Shown piece after piece: positions 27,943 to 39,295 of a stretch of 64,000 nt of DNA; position 1 is the first letter of the stretch, and each line of letters begins with the position of its first letter. The stretch covers positions 92,008,001 through 92,072,000 of the forward strand of contig NC_043000.1 of NCBI RefSeq assembly GCF_006345805.1, in the 5' to 3' direction. The position numbers and the translations under genes are program-made. Below the pieces are notes generated by a model that was not told where the DNA came from, made no database searches, and saw only the letters and a program-made list of their open reading frames with translations. Source of the stretch: Octopus sinensis. Its lineage: Eukaryota.

Positions 27943-28464
27943 TAAATATATATATGTATATATATATATATATTATATATATGTGCGTATTTAATATTTG
28001 AGTATGTATTTGTGTATATTAGATGTTTATTTCATTAGATACTTATATCCACATTATGTGGTGCTTTTCTTTTTTTTATTTGATATCCATTTGTAGACGG
28101 AATATTATAATCTGTTGCTGGAAGTGTTTCTATAACTGTCGAGTCACCGACCTGAGGTCATAGATATAGGATTGACATTATTCTTCAGGCCACAACAACG
28201 CTAATAGTTTTAGTCCTCTCTCATGCATGAAATTCATAAAAAACAATATTCATTCCAATACATGTAAATGCCTACATATGTACATGCATGCATAAATACA
28301 TTCATAAACTGATACATTTTTGAGTATTTATACAAAAACACATACACACACACTCACATGCACGCATACATATACACACATACATACATACACACATACA
28401 TACATACGTACATACATACATTCATACATTCATACATACATACATACATACATTCATACATACA

Positions 28465-28495
<31 letters not shown>

Positions 28496-28840
28496 GTAAC
28501 GTATGTATATGTTAATGGCATACTGAATTTGAAGGTATACATGTATATGGGTTTGTGTGACTATTACAGTATGTGAATAGGAGAGGTACATGTATAAAAG
28601 GTCATAAAAAAAAATGCAAGTGCATATCTTATATACATACATGTCCATATGTGTCTGTGTGTGCATATATATATATCCATATGCACACTCATATATACAT
28701 GGATACATGCTCATATATGTACATGAAATGTACAACTGTATGTTTATTATATATATATATATATAAATATATATATATATGTATATGTATGTATATGTAT
28801 ATATATATATTTATATATATATACACATATGTATACATAT

Positions 28841-28904
<64 letters not shown>

Positions 28905-29409
28905 ATGTATATATATATTTATATATATATATATGTGTGTGTGGTGTTGAGATAAATGCATGAGTGTATGAGTATATGTTAGTGTGCATGTGTTTATGTG
29001 TGTGTGTGTGTGTATGCATTAGCTAGGCACTTACAGGGCAGAAACATCTTGTTAAGACTAATTATGTTGTGTCTTATGAAGAATATATGTATCATATTTC
29101 TGGGTATACATGCCAACACACACATTTATATACATCTGCATATAAATATGCAAATATGTATATATTTTTTACAAAGGTTTTTTTAATCCTATTTCATTAA
29201 ATAAGTTTTGTTGTACTCATTTTTTCCCCTGTGTGTTTTTTCTTATTAATTTTCAACAGTTCATTTGAAACTTTAGAATTCCTAAATTCCTAAATTCATA
29301 TTTGAGATATCAATCCCTTCACCATCACATTTTCAAGAATTGAATATATGTATATATGACCGTCGTCCCGACCCCACCCCCAGCACCCCACCCTTCTCCG
29401 TTTGGCTGA

Positions 29410-30633
29410 GCTCGTCCTCACCCTCAATTGCTTCACGTTCGCCGGGGAAACGTACCAATAGGTGTCCGGGGTCGCGATGGGAGCTAGGATGGGCCCCAAT
29501 TTCGCCAATCTCTTTCTTGGCTACATTGAGGCCCAAGTGTTCTCCCAGTTCTCTGGGCCGACCCCCGAACTATACGGTCGCTATATCGACGACTGCGTAG
29601 GTGCCACCTCCCTTTCCCGTGAACTTCTCTGCCAATTCATCTCTTTCCTTTCCAACTTTCACCCCTCTCTTCAATTCACCTCCACCATCTCCAACACCTC
29701 TGTCAACTTCCTTGACATCTCTCTCCGCATCGATCACCCCTCCAACTCTCTCACCACCACCGCCTTCTTTAAACCTACGGATTCCCACCTCTATCTCAAC
29801 TTCTCTTCCTCCCACCCCTTCCACACCAAACGAGCCATCCCCTACTCCCAGTTCCTCCGCCTCCGACGTTTGTGCAGCCGCGACCAGGATTTCGAGACCC
29901 AATCTCAATACCTGGCCCGCATGTTCAGACTCCGAGGTTACCCACCCATACTCCTCTCTGATGCCCTCACCCGCGCCCGTCGCATCGACCGCACTACCGC
30001 CCTGTCTCCTTCCCCCCGCCCACCCCCTTCCCCATCCTTTTCCACCCCTCTACCCTACCCCTTCGTCGCAAGATACTACGTGCCTTCCGTCGCCTCCAGC
30101 TTGATCCCACCACCCGCCCCATTTTCCCTAACCCACCCCTGTCCTCTTTCAAGCGAGCCCGCAATCTGCGTGACCTCCTGGTCCACAGCACCCTCTCTCC
30201 TTCCCCCTCAGCCCCACACGGATCATTCCCTTGCTCTAGATCCCGCTGCAACATTTGCCCCTTCATCACCAACACCACCGCTGTCACCGGCTCCAACCTG
30301 CATACTGTACGCATTAGGCACTCTTTTACGTGCACCTCGTCTGGCCTTATTTACTGCATTAAATGCAACCTATGCGGGATGCTGTATGTAGGACAGACGG
30401 GACGCCGGTTGTCCGACCGTTTCACTGAACACTTGAGGGACGTTCGCCTACACTCTTTTTCTCCCGTCGCACGCCACTTCCGCTCGGCCGGCCATTCCCT
30501 AGATGACATCTCAGTGTTTGGTCTCGCCCCCCACAATGGTCGCCCACTTTCCAGGCTCCACTTGGAGCAACGCTACATCTTCACCCTACAAACTACCACC
30601 CCACACGAACTTAACACAGCCCCCTCCTCTTGA
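29410..30633 (+). pseudogene. Penelope-like RT/GIY-YIG endonuclease reading frame, disrupted
   Basis: In-frame TAG at 29459-29461 just before VSGVAMG; frameshift(s) after about 30040; GIY-YIG lies in ORF 30379-30633. Confidence 0.88.
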
Positions 30634-32385
30634 GATCCATTTTTTTTCCCCGGACACACCACCCACACACACCCACCCACCTACCTCCCACACGCCTGTT
30701 CACACACACATACGTAGACCCATCTACGTACATACATTCACACATTTAATCACACACACTTACAGACATACATGCACACACAAACATACAAATCAACATG
30801 CACATACACACACACATACATACATACACACACACATACATACTTACACACACACACACACAGACATACATACACACATACACACACACATACATACGCA
30901 CATACATACACACACACTCACACACACACACCGCACGTACATACTTCAAACACACACACATGCACACATACATTTAGGCACATACAGACATACATACCCA
31001 CACATGCACACCCTTACACTGAATGCACACACACATACACCTTTTTGCATCCAGGCAGCCCCCCTCTTTTCTGCTTTCCGGTTTTGGCTGAAGGATCCTC
31101 GGTTCCCGCGTAGCGGGGCGTTCGAGGGCCTTTGCGCTCGCGCGCCTTGCCGCGCGCTGGGGGCTTGGTCGGCCCCTTGGGCTTGCGTTGTACTGCTTTT
31201 GCGTTGTGTGCGTGAGCGCGCTTCGTGTGTGTGGGCTTGCTTCGGATGTGTGCGTGCGTATGTATGCATACATACCCACACACTCGCATGCATCCCTACC
31301 CACATACATACACGCACACCTACCCACACACACACATACACACACACACATACCCGCACACACACACACATACATACATACACACATACCTACTTCAGAC
31401 ATACCCTCACTCAGACACACACATCCAAACACACACAGACACACACCCATACATACATACATCTACACACACACGCCTACACACATACATACATACATAC
31501 ATACATAAACACACACACATACACATACACACACATACGCACACACACATATACTTATACACATGCACACACACACATACATACATACACCCATATACAT
31601 ACACACACACATACCTACATACTCCTATACGCACATACATACACACAAACATACACACATACACACTCACAGAAACATACACACACACATACTTACACAC
31701 ACACTCACACTCACATACGCACACACCAACATAAACACGCACCGCACCACACACCCACCTACACCCACAACACAACCCGCACCTACATACACACACGCAC
31801 GCATACACACGCATACATTACACACGTACACACACACCTACATACACATGCATACACACACACACACAAACATGCACGGACACACCCAGACATACATACA
31901 TACACCTATATACACACGCCCACACACCTACATACACACACATATACACACGCCTACACACCTACATACACACACATACATACACACACATACACGGACA
32001 CACCCATACATACTTACATACATACACCTATACACACACGCCTACACACCTACATACACACACATGCATGCACACACACATGTACGCACATACACACACA
32101 TATACGCACATACATATATACCCACACACATGCACACACACACACACATACGCACATGCATGCACACGCGCACACCTACACGCATACACACACACACGCA
32201 CGTACACATACATACATACACACACGCATACATACACCCATACACATACATGCATCCTACACACACATACATACACACTCACACATACATACACACACAC
32301 ACACTCACTCACACACCTGTATGTACGCGCACACACATGCACATACACACACTTCCCCACACCCACACGTACATACATACACACT

Positions 32386-32425
<40 letters not shown>

Positions 32426-33274
32426 CATACATCTATGCACACACATATATACACACATACTCACATACATTCATCGGACACACTGCCACCCAGACATACA
32501 CACAGACACACTCACACATCCACACACATACATACTTACGCGCATACTCGCAGGCGCGCGCACACACGCGCTTGCGCCGGTTCGCGCACGCATACGCGCC
32601 GCATGCACCTCGCTCTTGGACCCGACGAGACCTCCCGCCCGTTCCTGGGACCGTCGCTTGTCGTTGGGTTTTCCCACGCCCGTCTCCGCGGGACCACTCT
32701 TCCATCTTCCCCTCAGCTGGAGTTCTTTTTCCTTAACCCCCCCTTTTTCGTTACACACACGCGCACACATATACACACATTGCTTAAATATATACATTAC
32801 TCTTACACACATTCAATCTACTCGCCATTAATACTACCACGACACTGGACACACACACACTACTACTCAACACACGCTGGCACGCTACATACGCCCCCAC
32901 CCCTTCCCCTCCCTCCCTTCCTCCTTCCTTCTTTTTCTTACTACTGACCTTTGTCTGCTATGCTGACCAATGTCTCGCCCTACCTCACACGCCTACACAC
33001 AGACGCACACACTAACACATACATATATTTTGTTTTTTTATCTCGCCTACACACACACATACACCACCACGCACACGCACCACTCACACATACACACACA
33101 TCTGTTGCGTTACCAACCTTGTCTCCACTCTTTTGCCTTTAAAAACGTACTTTGCTCTTGTTATCGTAAACATCCGCCTTTCACCATGTGTAACTCGTAA
33201 ACACCAGTCGTTTTTTTTTCTCTATCCCTGTTGCCCGCTCTGGGATCTTTCTTTCCTCTCTCTTCCTTCTTTAT

Positions 33275-33309
33275 GTTTCCGACGAAGAGCTCCGCTCGAA
33301 ACGTCATAC
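33275..33309 (+). ncRNA. Minimal type I hammerhead motif (CCGACGA core, GUC site)
   Basis: gttt-CCGACGA-a-gagc-tcc-gctc-GAAA-cg-TC-atac; stem III is the ACGT palindrome; stem I pairs at 3 of 4 positions. Confidence 0.6.
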
Positions 33310-33396
33310 CTCCCTGCTTCCATTTCCTGAGCGCCTATTAATAATAATACTGTAATTGTTCCATTGTTGTTGTTTTTTTTGTTTCCCGTTTGGATT

Positions 33397-33442
<46 letters not shown>

Positions 33443-33499
33443 CTTAGATATGTTTCAACCAAAGATTGGTCCAGGCCATGTCTAACTTAATAGCACCAC

Positions 33500-33585
<86 letters not shown>

Positions 33586-33591
33586 ATATAT

Positions 33592-33670
33592 ACTTTATTT
33601 AAAAGCAGCAGAAATTTAACAAAAGTTGTTACTCGGAGTTTCACGTTCCCGTTCGTTGGACAGTTTTGTT
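33592..33670 (-). mobile_element. Degenerate HHR-bearing terminal-repeat fragment, same family as 34373-34670
   Basis: Minus strand reads ctgt-CCAACGA-acg-ggaa-cgt-GAAA-ctc(c)gag-TA-acaa. Confidence 0.65.
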
Positions 33671-33974
33671 AAAATAGAACCAAGATGACAATTCAATCAA
33701 GACTAGTATAAATGATACACCTTTAAAAATGGATTTGTTTGATTGGTTCTTTCAAATAACGGTCATATGTGAGCGCTAAACAAAATAAACAAAACAAATA
33801 AATGAGTTCAATATAAAATTATAAAAATCGTTGAAAAACTTGAAATCAAAGATTTGCTTCTAATACATATTGTCATTAATTATGTAGAAAATATAATTCG
33901 ATTAATACAATTAATACATAAAAATTGAAATTAAAATATATATATGTATATGTATATATATATGTATATATATG

Positions 33975-34008
<34 letters not shown>

Positions 34009-34325
34009 TTATCTATCAATCTATCTACACACACACACACACACACACATACATACATATATATATATATTTATCTATCAATCTATTTACATATATATAT
34101 ATTGGTGCCTGTATAACTTCTAACATACTAGTTGAATTGCTGTAGACTTTCTCACCAAAGACTTTTTGACGTTATTCATCAGCAGACATATGGATTTGCT
34201 TGTCCTGGGCAAATTTTAATATCTTTCAATGTATCTATGTATTTATGTATCTATACATGATCTATATACATATGTGTATTAAATTATAAGGCACCAAAAG
34301 AGAATGTTACTCTCCAGACACAACA

Positions 34326-34374
<49 letters not shown>

Positions 34375-34443
34375 GGAGTAAACACATAAATGTGAAACAA
34401 GGTGGAAAAAAGAGTACTCAAATACCAGTGGTAGAGTAATATG

Positions 34444-34670
34444 CTTTGTTTTAAGCAGCAGAAAATTCAACAAAATCTGTTACTCTGAGTTTCTCGTTGC
34501 CGTTCATCAGACAGTTTTTGCTAGAATGGAACTGATATATCAATTCAATCTATACTCTATATAGATTGAATTGATATATCAGTTCCATTCTAGCAAAAAC
34601 TGTCTGATGAACGGCAACGAGAAACTCAGAGTAACAGATTTTGTTGAATTTTCTGCTGCTTAAAATAAAG
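34444..34670. repeat. Near-perfect 111-bp-arm inverted repeat (5-nt spacer) carrying one HHR per strand
   Basis: Arms 34444-34554 and 34560-34670 with one mismatch near the outer end; spacer ctcta at 34555-34559. Confidence 0.95.
34596..34642 (+). ncRNA. Minimal type I hammerhead ribozyme (canonical CUGAUGA/GAAA, GUA site); mirror copy on the minus strand at 34472-34518
   Basis: aaaa-ctgt-CTGATGA-acg-gcaa-cga-GAAA-ctc(a)gag-TA-acag-a-tttt. Stem II has a GNRA loop; 10.1/11.1 is A.A here and A-U in the 33.6-kb relative. Confidence 0.7.
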
Positions 34671-34756
34671 TATATATATATATATATGCATGTATATATG
34701 TATACATGTATATACATATACATGTATAGATATATATATAGATATATATATATATA

Positions 34757-35822
34757 TATGAAGGGATGTCAAAGATTATCTGCACTTTAGCCATAATATA
34801 TCTTTATTATTGTCACACTGCATTCTGTGCATGCTTGCTTATAATTGGTACTATTGTGGTCATGTGATCAAAGTTTGAGCCTGAGCATACCATTTTTCTT
34901 TCTGACTCCAGAATGTAAGCATGGCCACTCCACTAGCAATGTGCACCAAAGAACATTAGTACAGTGATCCAAGGGATGGTAATGGTGAACCGGTTCACTA
35001 TTATCATCTCCCGAGCTTGCTGAATTTTCTTATCAGTGGTAGAGGTTGATGGGTGTCTTTATGAATCATGCTCGTCCGGCCACTTTTGAATTTCTTGATT
35101 CACTCATAGTAGTAGTGCACTCTCTTTACTCTTTTACTCTTTTACTTGTTTCAGTCATTTGACTGTGGCCATGCTGGAGCACCGCCTTTAATCGAGCAAC
35201 TCAACCCCGGGACTTATTCTTTTGTAAGCCCAGTACTTATTCTATCGGTCTCTTTCTGCTGAACCACTAAGTGACGGGGACTTAAGCACACCAGCATCGG
35301 TTGTCAAGCAATGCTAGGGGGACAGACACATAAACACACACACGTACATATATATACATATATATACATATATACGACAGGCTTCTTTCAGTTTCCATCT
35401 ACCAAATCCACTCACAAGGCTTTGGTCGGCCCGAGGCTATAGTAGAAGACACTTGCCCAAGGTGCCACGCAGTGGGACTGAACCCGGAACCATGTGGTTG
35501 GTAATCAAGCTACTTACCACACAGCCACTCTTGCACTGTCCCCATATTGTGCTAAAAGCCTCCAATGAATTTCAGCACCTGATACACCTTCTGACCAGAG
35601 AAATCAGATCGCTGCTCTTTGTTCTTCTTTGATGGACATTGCTAGTAGAGCAGCAATGCTTACACTGTAAAGCCAGAAAGAAAAATTGCATGATCAGGCT
35701 CAAACTTCAATCACATGATCACAATAGTACCACCTAAAAGCATGCATGCACAGAAGGCAGGGTGATAAAAATAGAGACATATTAAATGCAGAAATGTGGA
35801 CAATTTTTTATTTCCCCTTATA
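34757..35822. mobile_element. Mariner/Tc1 deletion derivative with two inverted 5' ends, interrupted by a SINE
   Basis: About 200-bp imperfect inverted termini flanked by TA. The minus strand encodes the mariner N-terminus KEEQRAAI*FLWSEGVSGAEIHWRLLAQYG and, beyond the SINE, RHPSTSTTDKKIQQAREMI. Confidence 0.7.
35128..35533 (-). mobile_element. CORE-like SINE family A, full length
   Basis: Well-preserved head, CORE-like segment, internal SSR and (ctcttttact)n tail. Confidence 0.92.
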
Positions 35823-37689
35823 TATGTTGTGGGTGTGTGTGTGTGTGTAGATTGATTAGTTTAATTAAGAGACTGTGACATAGATTGTATTAGGCAAGGA
35901 AATGGGAAAAGTGAAGTACAAACATATACCTCTCCTGACATATATTTACAAGTACACGCACACACACACACTTTCGTCTATGGTTTATTTTTCTGTTCCT
36001 TTCTTTATGATCATCATTGTCACAACTCCTATTATTGTTTCTAATGTAATTGTTCATCTTGCTTGTTTATTACTTCATCTTATCCTTGCTTATCATTTTC
36101 TCCTTGCTTTTATATTGCTGTTGTTTATCATCATCACCATCACCACCACCACCATCACTATCATCACTATCATCATCTTCAACATCATCATCATCATCAT
36201 CATATAATGTTTACATTATTATATATACAAATATTATTAAATATATCAAGAGAAACTGATTTACCTTTTCAAAAGATTTTGTTTAAGCCAAGAAATATTT
36301 GTGAATATTTTTAGAAACTTGATTTGATAGGATGACTGTTGTGATCATGTGACATTCTCTGATCATAAATTTTATTTATTTTATTTACTTTTTTTTCTTT
36401 TGCCATTTTATTCTTTGTCTTTTACTGAAGCCTTAGTGAACAACTCAGAATATTTTGTGCATAAAGAAAAGTCTGTATCAAAAGATTACTTCAAAGCTAT
36501 AGACAGAATTTCAATATTATAGAAATGGTGATTCTATGAAATAAGTCTTAGCAGTAAGATGATATGGGTTTTAAGGGACACATGTGATGAACTTTCAAAA
36601 ATATTTAAAAAAATTTTTTCACTATAACATGTTGTAGAATGCTTATCTATAAACATTTATCAAAAAAGCTAAAATACATACATACATGTAAGGGTTACTC
36701 CAGTATATGGCTACTTAAAGAAATTAAGATGTTGACACTCTCTAGTGTTGGGCCTCAGGGAGGCAATGTGGCTGATGATGATGTTGTGTAACTAGCACCC
36801 ATGCTGGTGGCACATAAAAAGCACCTTTCATGCGATGGGCCTCATGGAGGCAATGTCAAATGCCCAAGACCTTTGGCAAGTGAAATCATAGCCATGGCAG
36901 ATACTGGTGTTGCAGGGAACAAACAAGAATCAGTCGAGCCATAAATAATTGACTGAAACAAAAAAAAAAAAAAAAAACTAGAGAACAGTCCTATGCCCGT
37001 ATCTTCTTCAGAGGCACTATAAATGGTCAAATTCATTTCTTTTGGCAATCAGTTTCTCCCTATCAAATTTACTTACAAAGTTTTCGTTGGCCTGGGACTG
37101 TAATAGAAAATACTTGCATAATGTGACACAGAGTGGTTGTGAAACTGTAACCATGAAGTTAGACAGCAAACCTGAAATCACATAGCCATGCTTACAGCCT
37201 CACCTTCATTCAATATACACATATGGAGTAAATTGCAAATTACGTTGTTGAAGCCAATTTTCTAGTTTTTGTAATCTTTCAACATTTAAAATAAATTTTC
37301 TTGAATTTTAAATTTTTTAATTAAGTACACTGCTAAAGAAAATATCCACATAAGAATCAAATTATCTTCCTTCCTTCCTAAAACACAGGAAGGAAAATTC
37401 ATTAAAATACCATTTTATTTATATTTTATTTTGTTTAATGGGTTCATTCTTAAACATATATATAGAGGGAAATAATCAACAGTTTTTATGTATATTTGTT
37501 GTTTGTATAAGTTTAAAAACAAAGTATATAATATAGATGAATCTTCCATGAAAACTTGTTAAATATGCTAACAATTAAGATGATGATGGTGGTGGTGGTG
37601 GTGGTAGTGGTTTGATCATGATGGTTGATCTCATCACAGTGATTGAGGGGAGCAACTCTGAGGTGATGTATGACGAGGCAGTTTGAATG

Positions 37690-38390
37690 TTGCTAATGGT
37701 TATGGGTAATGAGAATGCTGATGAAGACGAAGCACTGGATGTGGATGAGGAAGAAGAAGAAGAAGAAGATGAAGAAAGTGAAGAAGTAGAAGAATGTGAA
37801 GAAGTAGAAGAATGTGAAGAAGAAGAAGAAGAAGGTGAAAAAGAAGAAAGTGAAGAAGTAGAAGTTGTGAAGAAGAAGTTGAAGAATGTGAAGAAGAAGA
37901 AGAAGAAGAAGAAGAAGAAGGTGAAAAAGAAGAAAGTGAAGAAGTAGAAGGATGTGAAGAAAAAGAAGAAGAAGAAGAAGAAGAAGAAGAAAGTGAAGAA
38001 GTAGAAGAATGTGAAGAAGGAAGAGTAGAAAAGTGTGAAAAAGAAGAAGAAGAAGAATGTGAAGAAGAAAAAGAAGAAGAAGAGGTAAAAGTAGAAGGAT
38101 GAGAAGGCAGAGGAATAGGAGGGGAGGAGAAGGTGAAAAAGAAGGAGGAGGAGGAGGAAAAGGAAGAAGAAAGAGGCATGAGGGAAGAAGAAAAGGAGAA
38201 GACAAAAGAAGAGAGGAGGAGAAGAAAAATGAAGGAGACGGTGATAAGGATGATGATAATGATGATGTTAATATTGATGATGTTGATGATGAGGATGACG
38301 AAGTCAATGGCAATGAAACAATAATGATGATGATGATGATGAACAAAAGGAAGAAGGACATGGTGATGGCAAAGATATAAAAATGTAATG
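37690..38390. repeat. (GAA)n/(GAG)n/(GAT)n purine-rich compound repeat
   Basis: About 500 bp of almost pure-purine gaa repeats with periodic gaagtagaagaatgtgaa sub-units, then (gat)n. Confidence 0.92.
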
Positions 38391-38661
38391 AGCAAAGTAA
38401 TATAAAGTATAATCAGAATAAAGATTAGATTACAGTTGTGATTATGATAATGAGCTTGATGATAATAGTGATGGTCATGATTATGTTTCTCAGTTTATTA
38501 TCCTGATCATCATCAATATCATCATTTTTGTCATCAGTAGCAGTAGAAATACAATAATTCTAATCGTTATATACCAAAAGCGGTGATGACAATTATTTTG
38601 AGAAAATTCAGAATTTAAATATAAAACTGGTACTTTTAAAAATTTTTATCATTTGTTGCTA

Positions 38662-38723
<62 letters not shown>

Positions 38724-38889
38724 GCTTTTGTTGTTATGGCTGTGGTTGTATTTTGAACCTTGGGAAGTCACACGTACTGTTAAAATATTGTTTAATGCAT
38801 TAATCAAAACCAATCTATGTTTTATTGCATATCATGCTTTTCAAATTATGCATTTACTTTCATGAAGAGTTATGTCAACCTTCATAATC

Positions 38890-39295
38890 ATTAGGGTGGT
38901 GATCATAATCATTGTTATTATTATCATTATTATTGTTGTTGTTTTTATTATTATTATTATCATCATTATTATTATTGTTATTATTCTATGTTTGACTTTT
39001 GCTTTATATTTGTAGAAGTTGGCTCCAAGTCTCACCCAGAGACCTCAAGAGACAACAGGTTGGAAGTTCATGTTGTTGTTATGCCTAGTGTGCCATATAT
39101 TGGGGGGGGGAGTTTTTGGTGTTGTACTAATGAATGTCTAAAAAAAAAATTTTTTAAAAACCGAAAATTATGTTTGTTTTAAACCTTGAGATTACATAGA
39201 AAGTATTTTGCGTAGGATATGAGCAGTTCCCATGAGCACTATCTTTTGAATTTCTGCTATTTTGGGGTTTCCTGGTATCTGAGTCAGCCCCCTTT
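38890..39295 (-). mobile_element. Short 3'-end copy of an R4/Dong-type LINE with (TAA)-rich tail
   Basis: Duplicates 39312-39595; encodes the terminal KIVLMGTAHILRKILSM* plus 3'UTR. Confidence 0.8.

Larger units (their letters stand above)
29358..33370 (+). mobile_element. 5'-truncated Penelope-like retroelement (RT + GIY-YIG) with a long CA-rich 3' region and terminal HHR
   Basis: RT motifs LLRLAELVLTLNCF, SGVAMGARMGPNFANLF, YGRYIDD, VNFLDI, KPTDSHLYL..SSHP; GIY-YIG CNLCGMLYVGQTGRRLSDRFTEH; terminal HHR at 33275-33309. Confidence 0.9.

Noticed and set aside
30503-32947. 814-aa His/Thr-rich ORF and the overlapping 422-aa ORF
   Set aside because: Stop-free only because of the CA-rich low-complexity tract; no domain motifs.
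37687-38395. Acidic/Lys-rich or poly-Ser/Leu ORFs
   Set aside because: Products of (GAA)n/(GAT)n repeats.
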